A DNA stretch of 64,000 nucleotides from Octopus vulgaris (taxonomy: Eukaryota). The DNA is taken from the NCBI GenBank assembly GCA_951406725.2, contig OX597814.1:56110001-56174000 (forward strand). Reading direction: 5' to 3'. Under the pieces are notes generated by a model. The model saw only the letters and a program-made list of their open reading frames with translations, had not been told where the DNA came from and ran no database searches. The translations under genes and the position numbers were made by a program. Below, in pieces: positions 53,431 to 64,000 of the stretch (within the stretch, counting starts at the first letter, position 1; every line of letters starts with the position of its first letter).

Positions 53431-53502
53431 GGTCCTGGGTTGATTCGGGGTTAACCACAGTAAATAAGGTACTCAATACATAGCAGAGTAAAATTAATTT
53501 AT

Positions 53503-53616
53503 TATATAGAAGGAGCTTCTACAGGACTAGAACTGTTTCATTCGAGAGAAATCTTCAGGAAGCTTCCTGAAGATTTCTCTCGAATGAAACAGTTCTAGTC
53601 CTGTAGAAGCTCCTTC

Positions 53617-53622
<6 letters not shown>
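53503..53622. repeat. Perfect 120-bp palindrome with no spacer, centred on AAGCTT
   Basis: 53503-53562 is the exact reverse complement of 53563-53622. Confidence 0.97.
53561..53611 (+). ncRNA. Type I hammerhead ribozyme motif (mirrored on the minus strand by the palindrome)
   Basis: agcttc-CTGAAGA-t ttc(tctc)gaa t-GAAA-cag(ttctagtc)ctg-TA-gaagct. 6-bp helix I, intact core, GUA triplet. First helix II pair is U-U. Confidence 0.8.
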
Positions 53623-53680
<58 letters not shown>

Positions 53681-54514
53681 GTGGAATTAGAAAATTTTAA
53701 AATATAAATATAAAAATATATATCTCAAAAGAGAACCCTCACCTGGGAGAAAACTGAGCACTCTTCAAGACTCTAAATTACCTTCAACACTAATACTCAT
53801 CCTGCCTAGGAAATTATTCGTGAAAATTGCAATTTTTGTCATATCAAGTTCACTATTCATATCTTTCATAATAGAATAAGTTAATAAAATAAGATCTACT
53901 CATGTCTTGTGCTTAATCAGTTACATCTTCACCTAAAATTTGTGACCTTTTAACTCTGTTAGTAGTTGCTACTGCTATGTAGTTGTCGCCATCATTGTTG
54001 CTGCTGCCAAAGCCTGATACTTTGAAGTCACTTCTGGTACATTCCTCTTAATAACATCTATTAATTCCCTTCAGACCTTTCAGTAATGTGGTTAGTCTTC
54101 AGAGTAAAGCAGAGTTTTGGCTTTTATTCTTCCAGAAAATGAAGAAAACAATAAGAATGGAGGGTGCCATCTTCTATGTTAATAAATTAACTATAAAAAT
54201 AAGTAATCACATTTTGTGTCAATTTCTCTGATCATATTTTTAATATCTCCTTTTTTTTTTCCTTTGGTATATAGCATACACTACATTAGCTTTAAAACTC
54301 ATTTATTTCAGAAAAATGCATTCTCTTCAATATCTCACATTTTCTACTACATCTTCCATATTATATCCTTGGAATACAGGACTTTGAGGATTAACATATC
54401 TACAATATTATGATGTAAATAGCAACACTCCCTAGGTATCAGTAAATAAGTATTGGTTGGAATACCTCAGTTCAGAAGTGTATGTGATGGACGATCTGTG
54501 CTGGATGGGTTTAA

Positions 54515-54735
54515 CCCTTTCGTTACCAACCCAGCCAAAACCGGCTCTGGCTCTGAGTTAAAATATCTTATTTTCATAAGTTTTGAATTAAAATCTTCCA
54601 TCAAACCTTACTCACAATTTATGTTTGTAACGCTAGCTTAATGATAACTAAGTTATTTTACTAAATTCTTTGTTATATTTAAAATTAATTGAAAGAAACA
54701 CAGAGCATCTCAAAATAAATACAGTAATGAAAGGG
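54515..54735. mobile_element. TTAA-type (piggyBac-like) MITE, family 2
   Basis: TTAA|CCCTTTCGTTAC ... GTAATGAAAGGG|GTAA. Confidence 0.8.
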
Positions 54736-54961
54736 GTAACAAGGAACAGTCTGTGAGTTTGATAAATTTGTATATTATGGAAGGCAAAGTTACTGGCATT
54801 TTAAGTGAGAAAGAAAAATTTTTATAGGCATAAAATAGCACTGAGAATATATATATATATATATATATAAAAATCAAAATGGATATTAATTTGATAACAT
54901 CAATTTTAACACCAGTGGTCTAGCATATAAAGAAACTGAGATTCAGTAAATAGTATTACAT

Positions 54962-55222
54962 ACATAAATATAAGAGGGAATTTTTTACCACTATGTGGAA
55001 ACCCTTATGCTAGAAGAAGATCCACTATGGTCTTAACTACTAAGAATTGTTCTCTAGAAAATTTAGCAAACACCAGAAACGTAAGCTTGAAACATAAGCT
55101 TACGTTTCTGGTGTTTGCTAAATTTTCTAGAGAACAATTCTTAGTGGTTAAGACCATAGTGGATCTTCTTCTAGCATAAGGGTTTCCACATAGTGGTAAA
55201 AAATTCCCTCTTATATTTATGT
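54962..55222. repeat. Inverted repeat with 127-bp arms and 7-nt spacer, between (TA)n tracts
   Basis: 54962-55088 matches the reverse complement of 55096-55222 with 1 mismatch. Confidence 0.97.
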
Positions 55223-55252
55223 TTGTTATATATATATATATGAAACTAAGAA

Positions 55253-55288
<36 letters not shown>

Positions 55289-55615
55289 CATCACTAAAGC
55301 TCGAGAACTACCTAACCAATCTCTCAAATTTTACACGTGTTATTTAGGGTCCATGCAGTGTCATGGGCCAAACAAATTTTTAACTTCTTGCCTAATGCGA
55401 GCCCGGTGCAATCTCTTATCTCTTACACTATTTCAGTATTACGTGTCAAAAGTGAAAAATTAACATCTCTATTGTAATGTGAGATAATACTTTCAGTTTT
55501 AATAGATTAACTATTAATACTTTCACTATGTATATGATATATACGAAATGAAACTATTTACATCATTTACATTATTTACATTTGACTGATATTTGTTCTC
55601 ATCTTGTTTCTTGTT

Positions 55616-55661
55616 AACACAACGTTTTGGCTGATATACCCTCCAACCTTCATCAGGTGTC
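55616..55661 (-). ncRNA. Minimal hammerhead motif with G12-to-A change, in a probable Penelope pLTR remnant (~55555-55730)
   Basis: Minus strand: gacac-CTGATGA-a ggttg(gagggtatat)cagcc-AAAA-cg-TT-gtgtt. Palindromic ACGT replaces helix III. Confidence 0.65.
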
Positions 55662-56547
55662 TTGGGGAAATTTCGAACCTGAGTTCTCATTCCTAAGGTA
55701 TTTTTCAATGTTATTATTATGATTATTATTACAAGATGTGGAGAAATATCCATCAAATGTAAATAATGTACATAATTCCTTATCTCACATATATACATGC
55801 ATACATACTGTAGTACTAGACCATCCAAAGTAGAAGCCTGTTGCGTGTGAGTGTGTGTGTGTGTGTAAATATATGTATGTGTTTGCATGAGTTTGTGTTT
55901 CTGTTGCCTATTCATGTGTGTTTTGCTTGTTGATTGTTAGCAAAAGGCTTATTTATTCAATGTTATTTGTTTCCAGTTCCCCTTGTAAACCTGTAAGGGC
56001 TGAGTTCTATAGGCTGGTAGATTATTACTTTACTTGGAAACAAATGAAGGTTGGCAGCAGGAGGGGTATTCAGCTGAAGAAAATTCTGTTCCAGAATATT
56101 CTCCTCTAGACCATGCAAGCATTGAGAAAAGAAAATGTTAAAGCAAATGTTGATATTGATGATTATTTTGGTTGTGGAAGATGAGCAAATCAGGAAAGGG
56201 GTAACTGTATAAGAAATGTGTCTTTTAATAGAAGATCAATGAGGAGGAGACAAAAGAATTACTTAAAGCAGAATCAGTTTAGTCCCTAGGGAATGACAGT
56301 GCCAAGTAGAAGGATGAGTACATTCTAGTTATGCTTCTGAAAACTAGATTGATTTGACATTTATTACCCTTCACAGTTAATGAATTGATGCAAAGTATTT
56401 TACCTACCAACACAGCAACAGTAAAAAGCAATCTATCTTATTGTTTCTACATCAGTCAGAATTATATGATTCATATGTGAATGTCTAGCAGAGTGATAAC
56501 ACTATAAATTTTGTAGGAGAATATATTCTATTACATTGGCCCCAATA

Positions 56548-57823
56548 TATCAGGTTGAGTAAAAAGTAAGCAACGTTTTGAACCTTGAAGAATTTGTACC
56601 AGATTTTTGCAGAGTTTTGAATTATTTTTAAACATTTTTTGCAGTTGTCTGATAATATAGACATAGACTTGCCCAAATGCATCAATAAATTAACATTGAT
56701 ATATTTTTCACTGTTGGTACATTCATCTGAAATGGAACTGTCAAAGTGTGATATTTGAGCAATTTTCCTATTCAACTTCAAAAAAGGATGTATAGCAGCT
56801 GAAACTGCTCATGATATCAATGAAACATTTGGTGAGGAAATGACCAGTGAGTGGTCAGTTTTAAAATGGTTTAAATGATTTTGCAGTGGGGACCTGAGCT
56901 TTGAAGATTGTGAACGTAGTGGATCCCCATCTATTATCAATGACAGTCAGTTAAAGACTGTCATTAAGAAAGATCCATGTAAAACTACTCAAGAACTGGC
57001 AAAAGAATTTCAAGTTAGCTAGAAAACTGCCTGCAGCCATTTACATGCAATCGGAAAATCAAATGGGTACCACACGATTTGAGTGAAAATCAGAAAATGC
57101 ACAGATATGAAATTTGTTCATTGCTTCTTTGTAACCAGACCAATCCATTTCTTGACTGTATTGTAACTTGCGATGAAATGTGGATTCTGTACAATAATGC
57201 AAAATGTTCTTTGCAATGATTGGACCAAGATGAAGCACTAAAAACATTCCCTAAACTCAAGCTCTGCAAAAAGAAGGTTATGGTGACTGTTTGGTGGTGT
57301 ACTGCTGAACTCATCTACTATAACTTGTTAAAACTCAGAAAAATCATTACTGCAGAAACATATTGCCATGAAATTGCCAAAATGAACAAAAAAACTGCTA
57401 TTCCTCCATCCCAAACAGCTCAATAGAAGAGGGCCAATCATTCTTCATGGCGATGCTTGACCACATGTTTCACTAATGATGCTCCAGAAGTTGAGGGGAC
57501 TTGGCTACGACGTTCTTCTCCACCCAGCTTAATCCCCCAGACTTTTCTCCTACTGACTACCAATTTTTCAAGCACCTTGATTGTTTCCTGCAAGAGAAGG
57601 AGTTCAAAAACCAAACCAATGCTGAAAGTGCATTCAAGGAGTTCATCAGCTCCAGAGCTCCAGATTTTTATGTTACCAGAATAAACAAACTTGTAACTCT
57701 TTGGTAAAAATGTGTTGATTGTAATGGTAATTACTTTGATGAATAAAATTTCCACATTGTTGAAATATATTGTGATGAATTTCATGTTTCAAAATGTTGC
57801 TTACTTTTATACTCAGCCTGATA
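56548..57823 (+). mobile_element. Full-length decayed mariner (DD34D) transposon
   Basis: TA-flanked ~35-bp TIRs TATCAGGTTGAGTAAAAAGTAAGCAAC. Transposase pseudogene 56732-57746 with WVPHDL, IVTCDEMWILYNN, KKVMVTVWW and PDFSPTDYQFF. Confidence 0.95.
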
Positions 57824-59836
57824 TATTTTATTGATCTCAAAAAGATGAAATACAAAATCTGTCTCAGCAGGATTTGAACCTAGAAAGCAAAGAGGTATAA
57901 CTAAATAATTGCTTAGTATTTTGTTTGGCCCTCAATTTATTCTGCTATATTCCACTCTTATATGTTTAACATATCAAGATATAATTCATAGGTATTATAA
58001 TAAGATATTGAGAATATTACAGGAATTGCTTTAATAAACTTGCAACATCAGTTTGCTTCACAGAACACTTTCAATAAGTAGTTAGAATCCCTGCTAACAC
58101 ATTCTTATTTGAGAACCTATTAGCATGTTAATTTATGTTTATATTGTCTAAATGGAATGTTTGTACAGATATGCAATGCAAACAAGAGAAAAGGAATGAA
58201 GAGTGGAATCCCAGTGGGAAATTGAACTTACTTCTCTTTTGATAAATCTTTTGTATAATAATAATTAATGTACCATTAGCTCTCTGACAAATATTTACTT
58301 GTTATATTTTATACATACTTTTCATAATTGCTGCAATACTTTGTTTATATATTTACTGATCAGTTCTTATCTATACATCACTAAATAGCAATAAAATCTC
58401 AAGTTAATTATTAAAATTTATTTCTGCTATCAACAATTGTTTTCAGCTTTATGTCTGTTTTAATAAATGTTGATAGGAAAACACAAACACCCTGAAGCAA
58501 TTTACTTGCTGGTAAATAACGTTATCAGTTCTGATGATGATAGTAAGTATTGATTTATATAGGAAAAAGAAATATTCAATTGAATTCCCAAGTATTACAG
58601 GTATTTTTTAAAAAAATGTGTATAAAATAAAGACAAAGTCAACTGATGAGATTTACCTATCACTTCCATTTTTTTTCCTTTTCTCTCTTCTCTGTCTCAT
58701 TCACACTTGCCACTTCTCTCCTTCCTTATCTGTCTGTCTCTGTCTCTCTTTCACTCACTCTCTCTCTCCCTCTCTCTCATGCACATAATTCTTGAACATC
58801 TAGTCACCTTCTAAACTTACAATTTACTTTTGTGTAACTGCCTTTGGAGAGATGTGGCTTCCCTAACCATATTGAAGATGACTTACCTTGGAGCTAAATC
58901 ACTCCAAAATGCAAACCTCCAAAGAGGAGGCTGTGGACTCTGCAAAATAATCTCTTTGATTCTGGTGCCATGATAAAATTACTTTGGTTTTTTTTTAAAG
59001 AGGTGGGGAAATAAATATAATGTATATCTAACAAAGTTAATTCTTCAAAAGTATTAGAAACAAGTTGCCATTTTCAGAATGGTGCAGTCTTTTGATATAC
59101 TGTATCTGACTGTCAGCTCACTCATGATTTTGTTTTATCTTCTACTTAGTTCTTGATTGGTGTCTCAGTGATCATGGTATTTTTGAAAAGACTTTCTAGT
59201 GTTTCTGACATTCAACTGGGCTGTTTATAAGGATTAGTGAAGTGGTTTGTAGTAACTCTCAAGCTGTGGTCTCCCCTTCTTCCCTGTTCTCCTCTTCCTC
59301 TTTCTTCTCTTCCTCCTTCTTTTCTTCCTTCTATTCTTCTTTCTCATTCTCCTCTTCCTCCTCCAAACTAAACCGATGGAAAAGTCCATTAAATAAGTCA
59401 ATTTGTTCAATAGCCTCACCTCTATCTCTATACCACCATCTCCAACCTTACCCTAATACTGATCCTTACAACTGCCTCCTATAAACATTGACCACAAAAT
59501 GTATATCAGAGAACAAACATCTTATTCTCTATCTGTAGCTCATCTCTAAGACTATTCAGGTTGTACTCTGTAATTCCTACTTTATTTTGAAAGATGGTAT
59601 CTGTGTTTATTTAGAATCTGCTCTCCCTGCCTACCTCTCATCTCTTTTACTCTTCCCACCACTCACTAGCATCATAGCATTCAGCTACATTTATGTATGT
59701 ATGTAGAAATAATAGAATCAAGTATACACTATACTAACGTCTCCAGCAGCAAAATTCAAAGAATATACAAACCATTCAAAACAACACATTGTGTATTATG
59801 AGAGGCTGTACTCACTCATATACATTACCAGTAGAT

Positions 59837-60620
59837 CAGGGGCTCCCAACCTTTTTTCACTGTGAAGCACCAAAATAAGTGAATTTTTCCTGTGGACTAC
59901 CTCAAATTTTAAATTTATTATAAAAGAACTGCTACTCATAAATATAGTATCATTTTTACTTTGCAATGAAAGTTCCTTTTCGTTCTTGTAAGGGACATCA
60001 CAGAAAACAAATAACTGAGAACACCAATAACAAAACCAATTTGCAATTGCACATGATTCTCAAGAAAGCTTTATTTGATAGAATCAAATAGAAAAGGTTA
60101 CTGAGTCGTGGAAAACACCCACTTTTATTCAGAAAAAAAAAAATCTATACAGTTAAAATATAACAATTTGAAGGGTAAATTTAAAAAATGTGAGGAGTGA
60201 AGTTGGAATCAGTACAAAAGGTCGTGTAAACATTTGAGGGAATATAACAAATTGAATTAATTTAAAAATGTCAGAGACAAGTTGTCAGGAAAAACGTCAA
60301 GAAACCTTCAGTGAGATCCTTTGGCTTGCTTTTTATCCACAAGCTGAGAAATTCTTGGCTCTTTTTGGCTCAAGCGAATTCTCAAATCAGCATTGTTATC
60401 GAGGTTCAAATGCCTCCGCTACTTTGTGAACAAATGGAGGACAAGGGAAAATCCCTTTTCAGCCAGGTAGGATGTTGGGAGATTTATAATAAAAGGCTTG
60501 ACTTGTTCAAACAGCTTTGGATATTCGTGAGAATGATTCAACCAAGCCTCGACCCAGTTGTTTTCAGATGATTTGCGCAGATTATCATCTACCATTGCCT
60601 CACATAGCTCCATCTGAACA
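59837..60620 (-). mobile_element. hAT (Charlie/Buster-type) 3' fragment with transposase C-terminal domain
   Basis: TIR CAGGGGCTCCCAACC at 59837. Minus strand 60620-60308 encodes EYPKLFEQVKPFIINLPTSYLAEKGFS..TK*RRHLNL..DLRIRLSQKEPRI..QAKGSH*. Confidence 0.88.
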
Positions 60621-60687
60621 CATTCAAATAAATATATGTAAATATAAAACCATCCGAATTTCTGAGTACCTCATTTCTTCTAATATC

Positions 60688-60718
<31 letters not shown>

Positions 60719-62013
60719 TTCTTTATATTTGCCTTAATTGTTGAATTATAAGCACAACCTTGATAGGTTTAATCAGTCATATTGAACTAAGTATTTGTTT
60801 TCTATTGTGATATTTTATCAGTATCTTTCTGCTGAATCGCTAAGTGATGAAGACTCAAACCAGTGTCAGTTGTCAAACACTGAGAAAAACAGAATGATGC
60901 ACACACACTCACATGCATATTTATTATTATATATGCATAATGTGTGTGTGTGTGTGTAAATACATATGTATATACATACATACGTGCATACATAATGTTT
61001 TATACATACATATATACTAGACTTATCTGTCATACAACAGTTAACTTTGGAAATATAACTTCACCACCATGGTAATATCAGGAAATATGGCATACATGCA
61101 ATAATTCTAAGGTAACTTTTATGAAGTTTTCTTGGTGTTTATACAAAATAATGAAATGTATATTAATTTTCAAAGGTAAAATATTCATTACCATAAAATA
61201 AAATTAAATGAAACTAAATTTTGGTTTGAATAACTCCTTCCATAGCTACTCCGTTGTTTACTTTGTTTCCTCCTCCTTTTCCTCCTCTGTCTCTGATTTA
61301 TTCTCTTTTACTGGTGTGTTCATGGATAACATTCTTTTACTCATTGTCTTCCACCAAGTCTAGTATATACACTTACCCTACTTCTCTTATGTGAACTCTC
61401 TTTGTATCTGTCATTTACTTTCCTTATCTCCTTCTCTTTATATATGATGTGAAGCAGGATTGGAGAAATTAGGCAAGCATAAAATTAAATCAAATTGAAT
61501 TAAGTTAAAGCAAAATGAGTTAAATCATATTAATCAAGTTAAATTAAATTAGATCAAGCTAAGTTAAAAAGCTGTTACAGATGGGCTAACAAAGTGATGT
61601 GGATATAGATAGTTGAGGACAAAAGACTTATTTTAACTTATCTGTGCATATCTCAGCATGCTTGCTTTGCCAGAGTAATTTCATTGTGGAAGGGATGGGG
61701 TTGATAAGTGACCGAGACCTTTGGCGATATGCCATGCTTGAGAAGAGTCATCAACCAAGTGAAAGCATAGTTGTGGCTGATGTCGCTATCATATAACTGG
61801 CACCTGTGTTCAGTGGCATGTAAAAAGCACACATTACAGGAAAGGCATGCAGCCATAGAAACCATGCCAAATCAGATTGGAACCTTGTGCAGCTCTCCAG
61901 CTTACCAGTTTCATTCAAACTATCTGTGCCATGTCAGCATGGAAAGCAGATGCTAAATGATGATGATGGTAATGATTTATATGTATATATATATATATAT
62001 ATACACACACACA

Positions 62014-62457
62014 GCGCAGGAGTGGCTGTGTGGTAAGTAGCTTGCTTACCAACCACATGGTTCATGGTTCTGGGTTCAGTCCCACTGCATGGCACCTTGG
62101 GCAAGTGTCTTCTACTATAGCCTCAGGCCGACCAAAACCTTGTGAGTGGATTTGGTAGACGGAAACTGAAAGAAGCCCATCGTATATATATATATATGTG
62201 TGTGTATATATATATATATATATGTGTGTGTGTATGTTTGTGTGCCTGTGTTTGTCCCCTCCATCATCACTTGGGGGAACAAACACAGACACTGTGCAAT
62301 GCTGGTGTGTTTATGTCCCCGTAACTTAGTCGTTCAGCAAAAAGAGACTGACAGAATAAGTACCAGGCTTACAAAGAATAGTCCTGGGGTCGATTTGCTC
62401 AACTAAAGGCAGTGCTCCAACACAGCTGCAGTGAAATGACTGAAACAAGTAAAAGAG
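62014..62457 (+). mobile_element. Near-intact tRNA-derived SINE, family B
   Basis: Box A-like GTGGCTGTGTGGT, box B-like GGTTCAGTCCC, GGCACCTTGGGCAAGT core, internal TA/TG microsatellite, tail ending TGACTGAAACAAGTAAAAG. Confidence 0.9.
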
Positions 62458-62540
62458 TATTATATATGTGTGAGTGTCTGTGTGTGTGTGTGTGTATACA
62501 TATATAAGTATATGTATATATATGTGCATGCATATGTAAA

Positions 62541-62572
<32 letters not shown>

Positions 62573-63400
62573 ATTGTTATTATTATTAGCAAAAGATCAA
62601 AGAACGGACGGGGGTAAGATGGTAAATGTGATAAGTTTGATTGATGGGCTGTGTGTCTGCATTCTCCCTAGGCTGCTTATTTTGATTGATTTATTTATAT
62701 ATTTATATCACAGCACCTCTTCATTGAACAATCAAAGCCACACTTGTGGAAAATTCAGTAATTAGGGAATATACTTTCATTAATTAATTTCACCTTTACT
62801 CTCTCTCTAATTATTTCACCAACACATTAGTTCTCCCAAAGGTATTTGTCAACCTAATGACTGAATACAGATTTCCTTTATATAAATGAGAATCTATGCA
62901 GTAGCAGTATTTAGAATAACAAAATAATTTTATTAAATATAGTAGTGTGATTATTGGCTATTCAGTCAGACATTGCTATATTGTATTTTATTTACCCTTA
63001 GCAATGCTCCTCTTACTACCTTTTCCTACCTTACTGATTATAAGTTCCACTCTTTTACATTTACATATTTACCATATAAGAAGATATCCAATTATAAATT
63101 AGTTCCTCTAACATTATTGAAAGAACCTCGTTTGCCAAATTGCTCTTGTTTATGTTACCTTGGAAAAGTGAGGTTAAAATTTCATTCAAGGCTTTATTTG
63201 ATTTAAGACTGAAATGAAATATATCTTATCTCTATTACTTTGGAAGACTGAAGTTAAAATGAAAGCTACATGGTTGTATTAGCTAGAAATTTTGAGTAAA
63301 ATATATTTTTGTATAGAAATTAAGGCTTCCAAGAGACTGCTGTTCAACATTAGCTAACTATTATATAAAGCTAGATATACTAAGCATTATATCTAAAGCA

Positions 63401-63603
63401 AACCTATTTCTTTACTGTCCCCAGGGGGCTATACACAGAAGGGACAAACAAGGACAGACAAATGGATTAAATTGATTATATCGACCCCAGTGCGTAACTG
63501 GTACTTATTTAATCAACCCCGAAAGGATGAAAGGCAAAGTTGACCTCGGCGGAATTTGAACTCAGAACGTAGCGGCTTCTGAGTTCAAATTCTGCCGAGG
63601 AAT
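63401..63603 (-). mobile_element. Young 5'-truncated family A-related SINE with alternative tail, 5' fold-back and 14-bp TSD
   Basis: TSD TTATATCTAAAGCA at 63387-63400 and 63604-63617. CpGs retained. Confidence 0.88.
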
Positions 63604-63628
63604 TTATATCTAAAGCACACCATATAGA

Positions 63629-63848
63629 CCCTTTCGCATTCAAACCAGCTATATCAGGCTCAAATATTCTACTTGTTTTATGTTTAAACTGCCTAGATCT
63701 GGCCTCTTATAGATTCTGTACAATATCATTCTACAAATAAACAATTATATCATCACAGTCTCAGAGCTACAAGATAATGCATGCTTGATACAAAACAATA
63801 TGAATAAATGAGCATTACATTTGACTGAATAATCTGATTGCTATAGGG
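63629..63848. mobile_element. TTAA-type MITE, family 1, second copy
   Basis: Colinear with 8640-8864. Ends AGGG|TTAA. Confidence 0.75.
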
Positions 63849-64000
63849 TTAAACACATCAGGATTAGTGAGTAGTAAATTAGTGTGACCCTGACAGTTTT
63901 ATTTCCTTTGGTGATTTATATGTCCAATTCTTCTGTTGGTTTAACTGAAGAAAGTTTCTCTTTACTCTATTCATAACAAAAGTAGATAAACTGCTGGAGA

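Noticed and set aside
58640-58670. CTGATGA followed by a gat/atc stem
   Set aside because: No GAAA box follows.
59234-59484. Arg/Lys-rich and Ser/Phe-rich ORFs
   Set aside because: Derived from a low-complexity CT-rich tract.
62014-62090. tRNA-like box A/box B sequences here and in other SINE heads
   Set aside because: No complete cloverleaf. They continue into SINE bodies, so they are not tRNA genes.

Overview
AT-rich, microsatellite-dense eukaryotic DNA, intronic or intergenic. I found no host protein-coding exon that I can support. The SINE families resemble those of coleoid cephalopods (Octopus-like; inference). The window is a mosaic of decayed mobile elements: (a) many tRNA-derived SINE copies from at least three families; (b) two full-length Tc1 copies, one full-length mariner and several mariner fragments; (c) hAT and TTAA/piggyBac-like MITEs; (d) a head-to-tail Helitron pair; (e) a Ty3/Gypsy gag-pol remnant; (f) two restriction-like-endonuclease LINE fragments, an inverted RTE-type fragment, an ORF1-only Gag-like retroposon and a Penelope-like ORF remnant. 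The signal the ORF track does not explain is non-coding. At least five hammerhead-ribozyme-like motifs are present. Four (TA)n-embedded fold-back elements, unrelated in sequence, share one architecture, and in up to three of them the fold-back point coincides with hammerhead sequence. A ~324-bp tandem repeat carries one hammerhead core per unit, as metazoan retrozymes do. All alignments and folds were done by eye, and boundaries of the decayed elements are approximate.
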